From an uncultured Candidatus Binatia bacterium (GTDB lineage Bacteria; Desulfobacterota; Binatia; Bin18), in assembly GCA_965200965.1 (NCBI GenBank), contig OZ241744.1:1-64000 (forward strand): 64,000 bases of DNA, in the 5' to 3' direction. Below, one piece after another: positions 52,331 to 60,612 of the stretch. Each line of letters begins with the position of its first letter. The stretch's first letter is position 1. The notes under the pieces are model-generated. The model saw only the letters and a program-made list of their open reading frames with translations, did not search any database and was not told where the DNA came from. A program made the position numbers and the translations under genes.

Positions 52331-53527
52331 ATGAATCCACCGCTATTGATTGAAGCGCACGGGCTTGGCAAATCCTACCGGCTGTATCGGTGCCACCTTG
52401 ACCGTTTGAAGGAAGTGCTGTGGCTGGGTCGGCGGCGTTTTTCTGAGGAGTTCTGGGCGGTGCGCGAGGTGTCCTTGCAGGTGTATCGGGGCGATGCGTG
52501 GGGGATTGTTGGAGCAAATGGGGCTGGAAAGAGTACGCTGCTCAAACTTTTGTGTGGTGTCACCCTGGCGTCTGAGGGACAGGTCCGCAGGGTTGGCCGG
52601 CTCAGTTCTCTGCTTGAACTTGGGATTGGCTTTCATCCCGAGTACAGCGGGCGCGAAAATCTGGCCCTGTCCGGCGCGTTGATGGGTCTGGGTCAGGCAG
52701 AGTTGGCGGAACGCCTGCCGCGGATTCTGGAGTTTGCCGACATTGGCGATTTCATTGATCGGCCGCTGAAAACCTATTCGTCCGGCATGGCGGTGCGGCT
52801 GGCCTTTGCCCTGGCCAGTTGTGTTGAGCCGGATGTGCTTGTCACCGATGAGATTCTTTCTGTTGGGGATGAGGCGTTCCAGAAAAAGTGTATTCGCTGG
52901 GTGGAAGATTTTCTTGGCGGTGGTGGAACGCTGCTGTTCTGCGGCCATAATACCTACCAGATCAAGAAACTGTGCGGCAAAGCCATGTGGCTGGACCGGG
53001 GGCGGGTGCGCACGCAGGGGGCGGCGTCACGCGTGGTCCAGGAGTATGCGGATTTCGTTGAAGCCCAGAGCCAGCCGGACGCAGGCCGGACGGCTGACTA
53101 TCCGGTCGCGCTGAGCGCTGGCGAGAATCGGGTCACGGAGGTCCGGCTGTTGGACGGTGCGGCCCAGGAAACCGCACAGTTCCATTTTGGACAGTCGTTC
53201 CGGGCCCGGGTCAGGGTTGAGGCCGGGACGGGGGAGACCAGACCGCCGGTGCTCCTGATTGGTTTTGTCCGGGCCGACCTGACCCCGGTCTACGGGGTGT
53301 CTTCGGAGATGGATGGGGTTGTGCCGCGGCACCTGGAGGGGCGCACCTATCAGATTGATTATGTGCTGCCGCAGCTCAGCTTGCTGCCCGGGCGCTACAT
53401 TCTGCGCGCCCACGCTGTGGATAGCGTTGGCTTGCGGCTTTTTGATACGGTTGAGCGCGCGTTCTCGGTGCGCGGGGAAAGCCGGGAACTCGGCCTATGC
53501 TCCTTGCCGCATAGCTGGGAGACCTAG
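52331..53527 (+). CDS. wzt: Polysaccharide ABC transporter ATP-binding protein with Wzt C-terminal domain
   Basis: GANGAGKSTLL, GFHPEYSGREN, YSSGMAVRLAF, DEILSVGDEAFQKKC, plus a C-terminal Ig-like CBM (L.LLPG.Y). Confidence 0.93.
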   Translation: MNPPLLIEAHGLGKSYRLYRCHLDRLKEVLWLGRRRFSEEFWAVREVSLQVYRGDAWGIVGANGAGKSTLLKLLCGVTLASEGQVRRVGRLSSLLELGIGFHPEYSGRENLALSGALMGLGQAELAERLPRILEFADIGDFIDRPLKTYSSGMAVRLAFALASCVEPDVLVTDEILSVGDEAFQKKCIRWVEDFLGGGGTLLFCGHNTYQIKKLCGKAMWLDRGRVRTQGAASRVVQEYADFVEAQSQPDAGRTADYPVALSAGENRVTEVRLLDGAAQETAQFHFGQSFRARVRVEAGTGETRPPVLLIGFVRADLTPVYGVSSEMDGVVPRHLEGRTYQIDYVLPQLSLLPGRYILRAHAVDSVGLRLFDTVERAFSVRGESRELGLCSLPHSWET

Positions 53528-53586
53528 TGCTGGCGGAACAATGGTTTTTTCGTGTTCCAGGGCCAGGGTGATAAGGAAGCGTCATT

Positions 53587-54525
53587 ATGGCGGATAGGAG
53601 TTATCGGGATTTCTGGGAGCATGCTTCGGCTAGCCCGCAGGCAGCTTTGGCTGCCGTTGATGGCAGCGCAGATGAAAGTATTCTCCAAGCAACTGGATGC
53701 TGGACTGCTCGACAAGTCGCCCAGGCCTTGCTCCTCCAGCCTGCCGATCGGGTGTTGGAGGTCGGCTGTGGGGTGGGGCGGATCGGGCGCGAACTGGCTC
53801 CTCGGTGTCAACACTGGCAGGGGGTAGACATTGCCGAGAATATGCTGCGTGTTGCCAAAAATCGGACCGGCCACCTTCCGAATGTTGCCTTTCAGCAGTT
53901 GTCCCGGACGAGTCTGTCAATGTTTGCCACGGACAGCTTCGATAAAGCATATTCTGTGGCGGTCTTCATCCACCTCGATAAAGAGGATGTCTTTCTCTAT
54001 CTCCGAGAAGTCGCCCGCGTCTTACGGCCAGGCGGCATGTTCTATTTTGATATCTGGAACTCGGCTCATGATATCGGCTGGAAGCGCTGGATGATGGAAG
54101 TTGAGCACTGGGCCAATGGCGATCAAGCCGGCCGTAAAGATGTGGCGCGCAACCAGTTCTGTGTGCCCCAGGAAATCCGGCTGTATGTTCAGCGCGCTGG
54201 CCTCAGCGAGGCCTTGTGCTTGGCCGACTCGCCCTGGATTCAGATGGTTGCCGTTAAGCCCGGAGGGGCGGTGGCTATGGAGCAGTTGCGCGTGCAGCTC
54301 GACGCTCGGCAAGACCAATTCTGCTTCAGCCCGACGTGGAGCCGGCTGTTTGGCTCATTGCTTGACGTGTTGCAGAGCCAGCGCCCGCCGCTCGCCTTCT
54401 GGCACGAGTTGCAAGCCCTTGGCGAAACGCCCGAAGCCGAACTGTACCGATGCTATTTTCTGGGGATATGGAAAACCCGCCAAGCCGCCTGGGGGGCGTC
54501 GCCGGTGTGCGCGCGCCGACCGTGA
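53587..54525 (+). CDS. Class I SAM-dependent methyltransferase
   Basis: VLEVGCGVGRI, GVDIAENML, RVLRPGG. Confidence 0.88.
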   Translation: MADRSYRDFWEHASASPQAALAAVDGSADESILQATGCWTARQVAQALLLQPADRVLEVGCGVGRIGRELAPRCQHWQGVDIAENMLRVAKNRTGHLPNVAFQQLSRTSLSMFATDSFDKAYSVAVFIHLDKEDVFLYLREVARVLRPGGMFYFDIWNSAHDIGWKRWMMEVEHWANGDQAGRKDVARNQFCVPQEIRLYVQRAGLSEALCLADSPWIQMVAVKPGGAVAMEQLRVQLDARQDQFCFSPTWSRLFGSLLDVLQSQRPPLAFWHELQALGETPEAELYRCYFLGIWKTRQAAWGASPVCARRP

Positions 54526-55322
54526 ACAATCCGCTGGCCCTGGTCCGCACCGCGGTGCGGCACCGGGCCTTGCTGGGCCAGATGGTGGCGCGTGATGTCA
54601 CAGCGCGTTTTGTGGGGACGAGTCTCGGTGCGGTGTGGAGCCTCATTCAGCCGTTTATCCTGCTGTGTCTGTATACGTTTGTGTTCGGGGTGATCTACCG
54701 GGTGCGCTTTCAGGTTGAAGGGGTTGGCTTTGTGCCGTTTTTGTTTTGCGGCCTGTGGCCGTGGCTGGCGTTTCAGGACGCCTGTCTGCGGTCGGTGACG
54801 GTCATTGTCGATAACGCCCAGTTGATGAAGCGTGTCCAGTTTCCCTCTGAACTGTTAGTCTTGTCCGCGGTGGTGTCGAGCTTTCTCAGCCACGCGGTCG
54901 GCTTTGGTCTGATGCTGGCTGGGGTGGGGATTTGGCAGGGCGGGCTTTCCCCGCTGGCCGTCGGCCTGCTGGCGATTCCGTTTCTGCTCCAAGTGCTGCT
55001 GGCCGTCGCGCTCGGCCTGCTGCTGGCTCCGGCCAATGTCTTTGTGCGGGATGTGTCGCAGCTCACTGGTGCGCTGTTTACGGTGTGGTTTTTCCTGTCC
55101 CCGGTCTTGTATTCCGTGCAGATGGTACCCGAAGCTCTGCAAGCCCTCCTGGCCTGGAATCCGCTGACCCCCATCCTGTCCCTGTACCGGACGCTGATTC
55201 TCAGCCCTGCACAGATGGGCTGGATTTTTGTCTTATATCCCCTCATTCTGTCTCTGCTGTTGCTGGGCTTGGCCCAGCGGTTCTTTGCTGGCTGTAAAGG
55301 CTATTTTGCCGATTATCTCTAG
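54522..55322 (+). CDS. wzm: Polysaccharide ABC transporter permease
   Basis: RDV.ARF.GT.LG..WSL.QP, RDVSQL...WFFLSPVLY, NPL...L..YR, FADYL end; GTG start overlapping the upstream stop. Confidence 0.92.
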   Translation: MNNPLALVRTAVRHRALLGQMVARDVTARFVGTSLGAVWSLIQPFILLCLYTFVFGVIYRVRFQVEGVGFVPFLFCGLWPWLAFQDACLRSVTVIVDNAQLMKRVQFPSELLVLSAVVSSFLSHAVGFGLMLAGVGIWQGGLSPLAVGLLAIPFLLQVLLAVALGLLLAPANVFVRDVSQLTGALFTVWFFLSPVLYSVQMVPEALQALLAWNPLTPILSLYRTLILSPAQMGWIFVLYPLILSLLLLGLAQRFFAGCKGYFADYL

Positions 55323-55358
55323 GGGCCGTGTGGGGGTGGCTGAGGCTGGAAACACATA

Positions 55359-56999
55359 ATGCGCGGGAATATCAGAGAGTTTGTCCGGGTTGTGTCCGAG
55401 ACGCTGAGCATTCCACAGCCCATTGTTGAGATTGGGGCCTTGCAGGTTGTCGGTCAGCCCTGTCCGGCCGACCTGCGTCCGCTGTTTGCCGGAACAGACT
55501 ACATCGGCTGTGATATCCGGCCGGGTCCGGGGGTGGACCGGCTTGAAGATGTCCACCACCTGTCGTTTGCCTCGGATACGGTTGGAACCGTCTTGATGCT
55601 GGAGACGCTGGAGCACGTCAAAAATCCGCTCCAGGCTCTGGCTGAGGTGTTCCGGGTTCTGCGGCCTGGCGGTCTGGCGGTCATCAGTTCGGTCATGGAC
55701 TTTCCCGTGCATGAACATCCGGCCGATTATTGGCGCTTTACGCCACAGGGATTTGAGCTGCTGTTAGAGCGTTTTGCGCCACGGCGGGTGTATGTCCAGG
55801 GTCTGCCCGTGTTTCCTCACTCGCTGGGCGGGGTCGGGATAAAGCCGGGACAGGCAGAGACACCCCGCCGGCAGACCGACCTGGATCTGCTTGACCAGCG
55901 TGTGCGGACGATTCCGGGGACCCTCACCCAGGAGATCACGCCCCGGCTTGGGCCGGACCATTTTCGGCTCCTGGGCGAGGAGTTGGGCGAGGAAGAGCGA
56001 CTTCGCTATCCGGTCCCGATGTTGCACAACGCCTATGACCGCCTGTTGCAAAAAGATGAAGAAATCGCGCGGCTCCAACAGGCTCTGAGCCGTTCGCAAG
56101 AAGCCCACCACAGAGAACACGACACAAGGGCGACGCGCTTTGATTATGCCACCTATGAATTCGAGCTGCGTGACCGGCGGGTGAACCGTGATATGCAGGC
56201 CGGCTATGTGTCCCATTTCCAGGGCTGCCGCAAGGTGCTTGACCTGGCCTGCGGCTCGGGCATTTTCCTCGAACTGCTGGCCGAGCAGGGGATTCCCGCC
56301 CTCGGCGTTGAGCGCAACCCGGCGGTGGCGGCCTGGGTGAAACGGCACGGCTGGGACGTGGTGGAGCAAGATGTCCTGACCTTCCTGGAGCAGACGACCG
56401 AGACCTATGACGGGGTTTACTGCTCCCATTTGCTTGAGCATCTGCCTTTTGCCGAGGTGGCGCGGTGCATTGAGTTGCTCGCCTCTCGTCTCGTTCCGTC
56501 TGGAACAGTGGTGATTGTTGTCCCCAACCCCGAATCGATCCGGATGCAGTTGTTTGGATTCTGGCGTGACCCTGAGCATGTCCGCTTCTATCACCCCGAG
56601 CTGCTTGAGGCCGTCTGCCGACACGCCGGCCTTCAGGTCCTCTCCACCAACCGGAGAGACATTCCCTTTGCTACCGCTCCGCTTTCGTTGCCGTCCACAG
56701 CGGACACGCCGGCAAACCAGTCCGGCCCGCGGCGGGGACGGCTGAAAGAGCGGGCGCGGGCCGTCTACTTGCACTGCCTGCGTCTGTTGCGTCTCAGCCC
56801 GGCTGCGGATCTCGTGGCTGTAGAGAGCCGCCTGCGCCAGCACCTGGACGCCCGCTGGGAGGCCGTGGCGGCCTGGGCCGACACCACACATGCGGCCCTC
56901 GACCACATATGGGCGTGGCCCGACAATGCGGTCATTGTGTGCCGCAAGATGGACGCCACCCAGGGTGACACTTCCGGGGGAGGGGGGTCAGAGCCGTGA
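55359..56999 (+). CDS. Tandem two-domain SAM-dependent methyltransferase with a coiled-coil linker
   Basis: Domain 1: EIGA...ETLEHV...HEHPADYWRFT. Domain 2: VLDLACGSG...SHLLEHL...FWRDPEHVRFY. Confidence 0.82.
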   Translation: MRGNIREFVRVVSETLSIPQPIVEIGALQVVGQPCPADLRPLFAGTDYIGCDIRPGPGVDRLEDVHHLSFASDTVGTVLMLETLEHVKNPLQALAEVFRVLRPGGLAVISSVMDFPVHEHPADYWRFTPQGFELLLERFAPRRVYVQGLPVFPHSLGGVGIKPGQAETPRRQTDLDLLDQRVRTIPGTLTQEITPRLGPDHFRLLGEELGEEERLRYPVPMLHNAYDRLLQKDEEIARLQQALSRSQEAHHREHDTRATRFDYATYEFELRDRRVNRDMQAGYVSHFQGCRKVLDLACGSGIFLELLAEQGIPALGVERNPAVAAWVKRHGWDVVEQDVLTFLEQTTETYDGVYCSHLLEHLPFAEVARCIELLASRLVPSGTVVIVVPNPESIRMQLFGFWRDPEHVRFYHPELLEAVCRHAGLQVLSTNRRDIPFATAPLSLPSTADTPANQSGPRRGRLKERARAVYLHCLRLLRLSPAADLVAVESRLRQHLDARWEAVAAWADTTHAALDHIWAWPDNAVIVCRKMDATQGDTSGGGGSEP

Positions 57000-57964
57000 C
57001 AACACGTCCGAGCGTGTCCATTCTGCTGGTGACGAAAAACGGTGCCCGCTATCTGGCCGAAGTGCTGGACGCTATCGGCCGCCAACGCGGACACTTTCAC
57101 CTTGAGGAGATTATTGCGGTGGATTCCGGCTCGCGGGATGGTTCGCCGGAGATTTTGCGCCAGGCCGGGGCGCGCGTCCTGACGATTCCCGCGGCCGCGT
57201 TTGGTCACGGCAAAACCCGCAACCTGGCGGCCTCGCAGGCCCGGGGCGACTATCTGGTTTTCCTGACCCAAGACGCGACTCCGGCTCGTGCGGACTGGCT
57301 GGACACGCTGCTCGCCCCCCTGGAGGCCGACCCGCTCATTGTCGGGGCCTACAGTCACCACAGGCCGCGTCCCGGCTGCCACCCGATGGAGTGGCGGCGG
57401 ATCGTCCAGGAAGAGATGTCCGGCAGGCCAGACTCCTGCGTCAACAGCGCGGTCAATAATCCAGCCTATGCTCGCAATCCGGTTTTTTTTAATTTTTTTG
57501 CCAATACCAGCTCCGTCATTCGGCGCCGGACCTGGAACCGCATCCCTTTGCCCGAGGTCGAATTTGGCGAAGATCAACTGTGGGCCAAATCGGTCCTTGA
57601 AGCCGGCTATAAGACGGCCTACTGCGCCGACTCAGTGGTATATCATTCCCACGGCTATGGACCGTGGGCCAATTTCCGCCGCCACTTTGACCATTTCGCT
57701 GTCCTGTCCGGGGAGACGGGCAAGATGCCCAGCCGTCTGGCCGAATGTCTGATCGCGGCTGTCCAGGTGGCCCGCCTCGACCTGGCCTTCTGGGCGCAGG
57801 AACGGGGCAAGACCAGGGCGCGCGTGGTGTATCGCTGGGCACTGCCGGCGCTGAGCTGGCATGTCGCCGCCCAGTTGGGGATGTGGTTTGGAGAGCGGGC
57901 ACGGACATTGCCGGGCTGGCTCCAGAGGTGGTTTTCGTATCAGACCCACATCAAACGCCAGTAG
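56996..57964 (+). CDS. GT2 family glycosyltransferase (rhamnosyltransferase-like)
   Basis: VDSGSRDG, FGHGKTRNLA, FLTQDA, FGEDQLWA, VYHSH. Confidence 0.88.
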   Translation: MTTRPSVSILLVTKNGARYLAEVLDAIGRQRGHFHLEEIIAVDSGSRDGSPEILRQAGARVLTIPAAAFGHGKTRNLAASQARGDYLVFLTQDATPARADWLDTLLAPLEADPLIVGAYSHHRPRPGCHPMEWRRIVQEEMSGRPDSCVNSAVNNPAYARNPVFFNFFANTSSVIRRRTWNRIPLPEVEFGEDQLWAKSVLEAGYKTAYCADSVVYHSHGYGPWANFRRHFDHFAVLSGETGKMPSRLAECLIAAVQVARLDLAFWAQERGKTRARVVYRWALPALSWHVAAQLGMWFGERARTLPGWLQRWFSYQTHIKRQ

Positions 57965-57993
57965 CGGAGAAAACGAGCCAGGAAGACAGGGCC

Positions 57994-60612
57994 ATGCGGA
58001 TTGTCCAGGTGGTACACGGGCTTCCTCCACAAGAGAAGGCAGGGACCGAGATCCTGACCCTGGAACTGTCCCGGGCCCTCCAGGCGCGCGGACACCAGGT
58101 CACGATTGTGGCGCGGACCTTTGCGCCCGAGCGCGAGGAATTCAGCCTCCAGGAAGAGCGGGATGGAAGCGGGATGCGGACCGTCCGCCTGGTCAATAAT
58201 TACACGCGAACGACATTCTATCGCCTGGAGTACGACAATCCCTTTTTCCATGACCTCTTTCGCCAACTCTTACACCGCTGCCAGGCCGATATTGTCCATT
58301 TTCAACATATTGCCCACCTGTCGGCCAGCCTTATTCCGTGCGTGTCTGCCCTTGGCTGCCCAACGGTGTTGAGCCTGCACGACTTCTTTTTTGCCTGTCA
58401 TCGGATACAGTTCATTGATCGTGACGACCGGCTCTGCCCCGGACCGCACGGTGGCGAGCGCTGTGTCCCCTGTCTCCACGACATCGCCCCAGCCGCAGCC
58501 ATTCGCCGTCGTTTTGCGTATATGACCCAGGTCTTACAGGTTCCCCGTCGGGTGATCGTTCCATCCGCCTTTCTGGCCAGGCGGATTGCGGACGATTTTC
58601 CCTCCTTGCACGACCGGCTCCAGGTCATTGCCCCCGGGCTGCCCCTCCCGCCCGGTTCCGCGCCACAGCGGCCCCCGCGGCCAGATGGGGCGAACAGGGG
58701 ACGAAACACCTCAGGCAGCCCCCGGCAGCCCCTGCGGATTGTCTCTGTCGGTATCCTGCAACCGCACAAAGGCGCGCATGTTCTGATTGAGGCCCTCAAA
58801 GGGCTGCCCGCCGACCGGGTGCATACCTCGTTCTATGGGCAGGAGCCGGCCTCCAGGCAGGACTATATTGACCAGCTCCGCCGGGCGGCAGCCGGCCTGT
58901 CTGTTCAGTGGGGGGGGGTGTACGACCGGGCGCAACTCCAGGCTATTCTGGCCCGGCACGATGTGCTGGTCATGCCCGTCATCTGGGAAGAGACGTTTTC
59001 TCTGGTGATCCGTGAGGCGTTCCAGGCCGGTCTGCCGGTAATTGCCGCCCGCCGCGGGGCCTTGCCCGAGGTTATCCACGATGGCCGCAATGGGCTGCTG
59101 TTCGAGCCGGAGAATGCGGAGGACCTGCGGCGATGCCTGCGGCGTCTTCTTGATGAGCCGGCACTGCTCGCGCAACTCAAGCCAGCCGGCTTTGTCTGGC
59201 GCGATGCTGATGCCTGCGCCCGGGATGTTGAGCAGGTGTATGCAGCCGTGCTGGCCGAGTCCGGCCCCCGCTCCGCCCTGCCTTTGCCGGGTGTCCCCAA
59301 TACGCCATCGGTGCCGAACGGGCCAGAGGCGTCGTCCCAAGCTCCGAACCCCTCCAGCCCAGCCGCCGTGCCTCGCCAGTTCAGAGATACGTCGCCCGGC
59401 GTGGCCCCACCCCGCCTGAGCGTCTGTCTGCCGACCTGCAACGGTGAGGCGTATGTGGCCGAAGCACTGCGCAGTGTGTTGCAGCAGAGCTATGCCGATT
59501 TTGAAGTGGTGGCGGTTGACGACGGCTCAAGCGACCGGACAGGAGAGATTCTCCAGGGGTGTGACGACCCCCGCGTCCGCATCTATCAGAACCCGCGCCA
59601 GCGAGGCATTTCGGGCAACTGGAATGCCGCGGTCGAGCTGGCCCGGGGCGAGTATGTGTGCGTCTTCCACCAGGATGATGTGATGCTGGCCGATAATCTG
59701 GCTCGGAAAATGGCCCTGTTTGAGACAGACCCCGGCCTCAGCCTGGTGCATTCGCGGGCAGACCCCATTGTCGAAGCCGGAGCGCCGAGTCGTTTGGCCA
59801 GCTGGATGGAACAAGCGGAGGCGGATTTTGTGGCGGAAGGCGAGGCGTATTTTCGCAAACTGCTGCTGAGGGGGAATTGCATCGCCGCATCAACCGTCAT
59901 GGTCCGGCGGGAGCAGTTAGCCGCGGCCGGTGGCTTCAATGAAACGCTCGGCTTTGCCTGCGACTATGAGATGTGGATGAAGCTGTGCCTTGAGGGCCGG
60001 GTCGGTTTTCTCCACGACGCCCTGGTGCGCTACCGCTGGCACGGCGGCAATGTCTCGCACGACTATCAATACGAGCGGGGAGTGGAAGAGTGCGGCCGAG
60101 CGATGCGTGCCGCCCTCGCCTCCTACACCCAAGGCCGCGGCAACACGCCCCAGGCCCGGCTCTTGGCTGAGGCCGCGGAAGCCGTCCTGAAACAACGGGA
60201 GTGGGCGGCTGAGCTTGACCGGGGGCGGGTGTGGCTGGAAGACCAGTGGCAACGCTGGCAGGAGCACGACAAAGAGCAGGCCGGGGTCGTGGCCGACTAT
60301 AAGACCTGGATCGACGAGTTGGAAGCCGGCAAGGCCTGGCTGGAAGACCAGTGGCAACGCTGGCAGGAGCACGACAAAGAGCAGGCCGGGGTCGTGGCCG
60401 ACTATAAGACCTGGATCGACGAGTTGGAAGCCGGCAAGGCCTGGCTCGAAGAGCAGTGGGGCAATTGGCAGCGGATTGCGCAAGAGCGAGCCTGGTTCGA
60501 AGAGCAGTGGCGGGACAATTTTTGGATACGCCTGGGCCGGTTTTTGAGAATCGTAAAGCCTGCACAGGGGTTTCTAGCAAAAAAGAGCGAGCCTGATGAT
60601 CGATCCGACTGA
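57994..60612 (+). CDS. GT4-GT2 fusion glycosyltransferase with a C-terminal coiled-coil repeat
   Basis: GT4: MRIVQVVHG, HKGAHVL, ETFSLVIREA...LPVI. GT2: VDDGSSD, HQDD, DYEMW. Repeated Trp/Gln/Glu tail. Confidence 0.88.
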   Translation: MRIVQVVHGLPPQEKAGTEILTLELSRALQARGHQVTIVARTFAPEREEFSLQEERDGSGMRTVRLVNNYTRTTFYRLEYDNPFFHDLFRQLLHRCQADIVHFQHIAHLSASLIPCVSALGCPTVLSLHDFFFACHRIQFIDRDDRLCPGPHGGERCVPCLHDIAPAAAIRRRFAYMTQVLQVPRRVIVPSAFLARRIADDFPSLHDRLQVIAPGLPLPPGSAPQRPPRPDGANRGRNTSGSPRQPLRIVSVGILQPHKGAHVLIEALKGLPADRVHTSFYGQEPASRQDYIDQLRRAAAGLSVQWGGVYDRAQLQAILARHDVLVMPVIWEETFSLVIREAFQAGLPVIAARRGALPEVIHDGRNGLLFEPENAEDLRRCLRRLLDEPALLAQLKPAGFVWRDADACARDVEQVYAAVLAESGPRSALPLPGVPNTPSVPNGPEASSQAPNPSSPAAVPRQFRDTSPGVAPPRLSVCLPTCNGEAYVAEALRSVLQQSYADFEVVAVDDGSSDRTGEILQGCDDPRVRIYQNPRQRGISGNWNAAVELARGEYVCVFHQDDVMLADNLARKMALFETDPGLSLVHSRADPIVEAGAPSRLASWMEQAEADFVAEGEAYFRKLLLRGNCIAASTVMVRREQLAAAGGFNETLGFACDYEMWMKLCLEGRVGFLHDALVRYRWHGGNVSHDYQYERGVEECGRAMRAALASYTQGRGNTPQARLLAEAAEAVLKQREWAAELDRGRVWLEDQWQRWQEHDKEQAGVVADYKTWIDELEAGKAWLEDQWQRWQEHDKEQAGVVADYKTWIDELEAGKAWLEEQWGNWQRIAQERAWFEEQWRDNFWIRLGRFLRIVKPAQGFLAKKSEPDDRSD
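60232..60446 (+). repeat. Exact 105-bp tandem duplication (35 aa x2) in the GT tail
   Basis: Unit starting TGGCTGGAAGACCAGTGG at 60232 and 60337; a third, diverged start at 60442. Confidence 0.95.

Noticed and set aside
60232-60446. Direct repeat considered as a CRISPR array
   Set aside because: The 105-bp units are contiguous and in-frame within a CDS, with no spacers and no cas genes.
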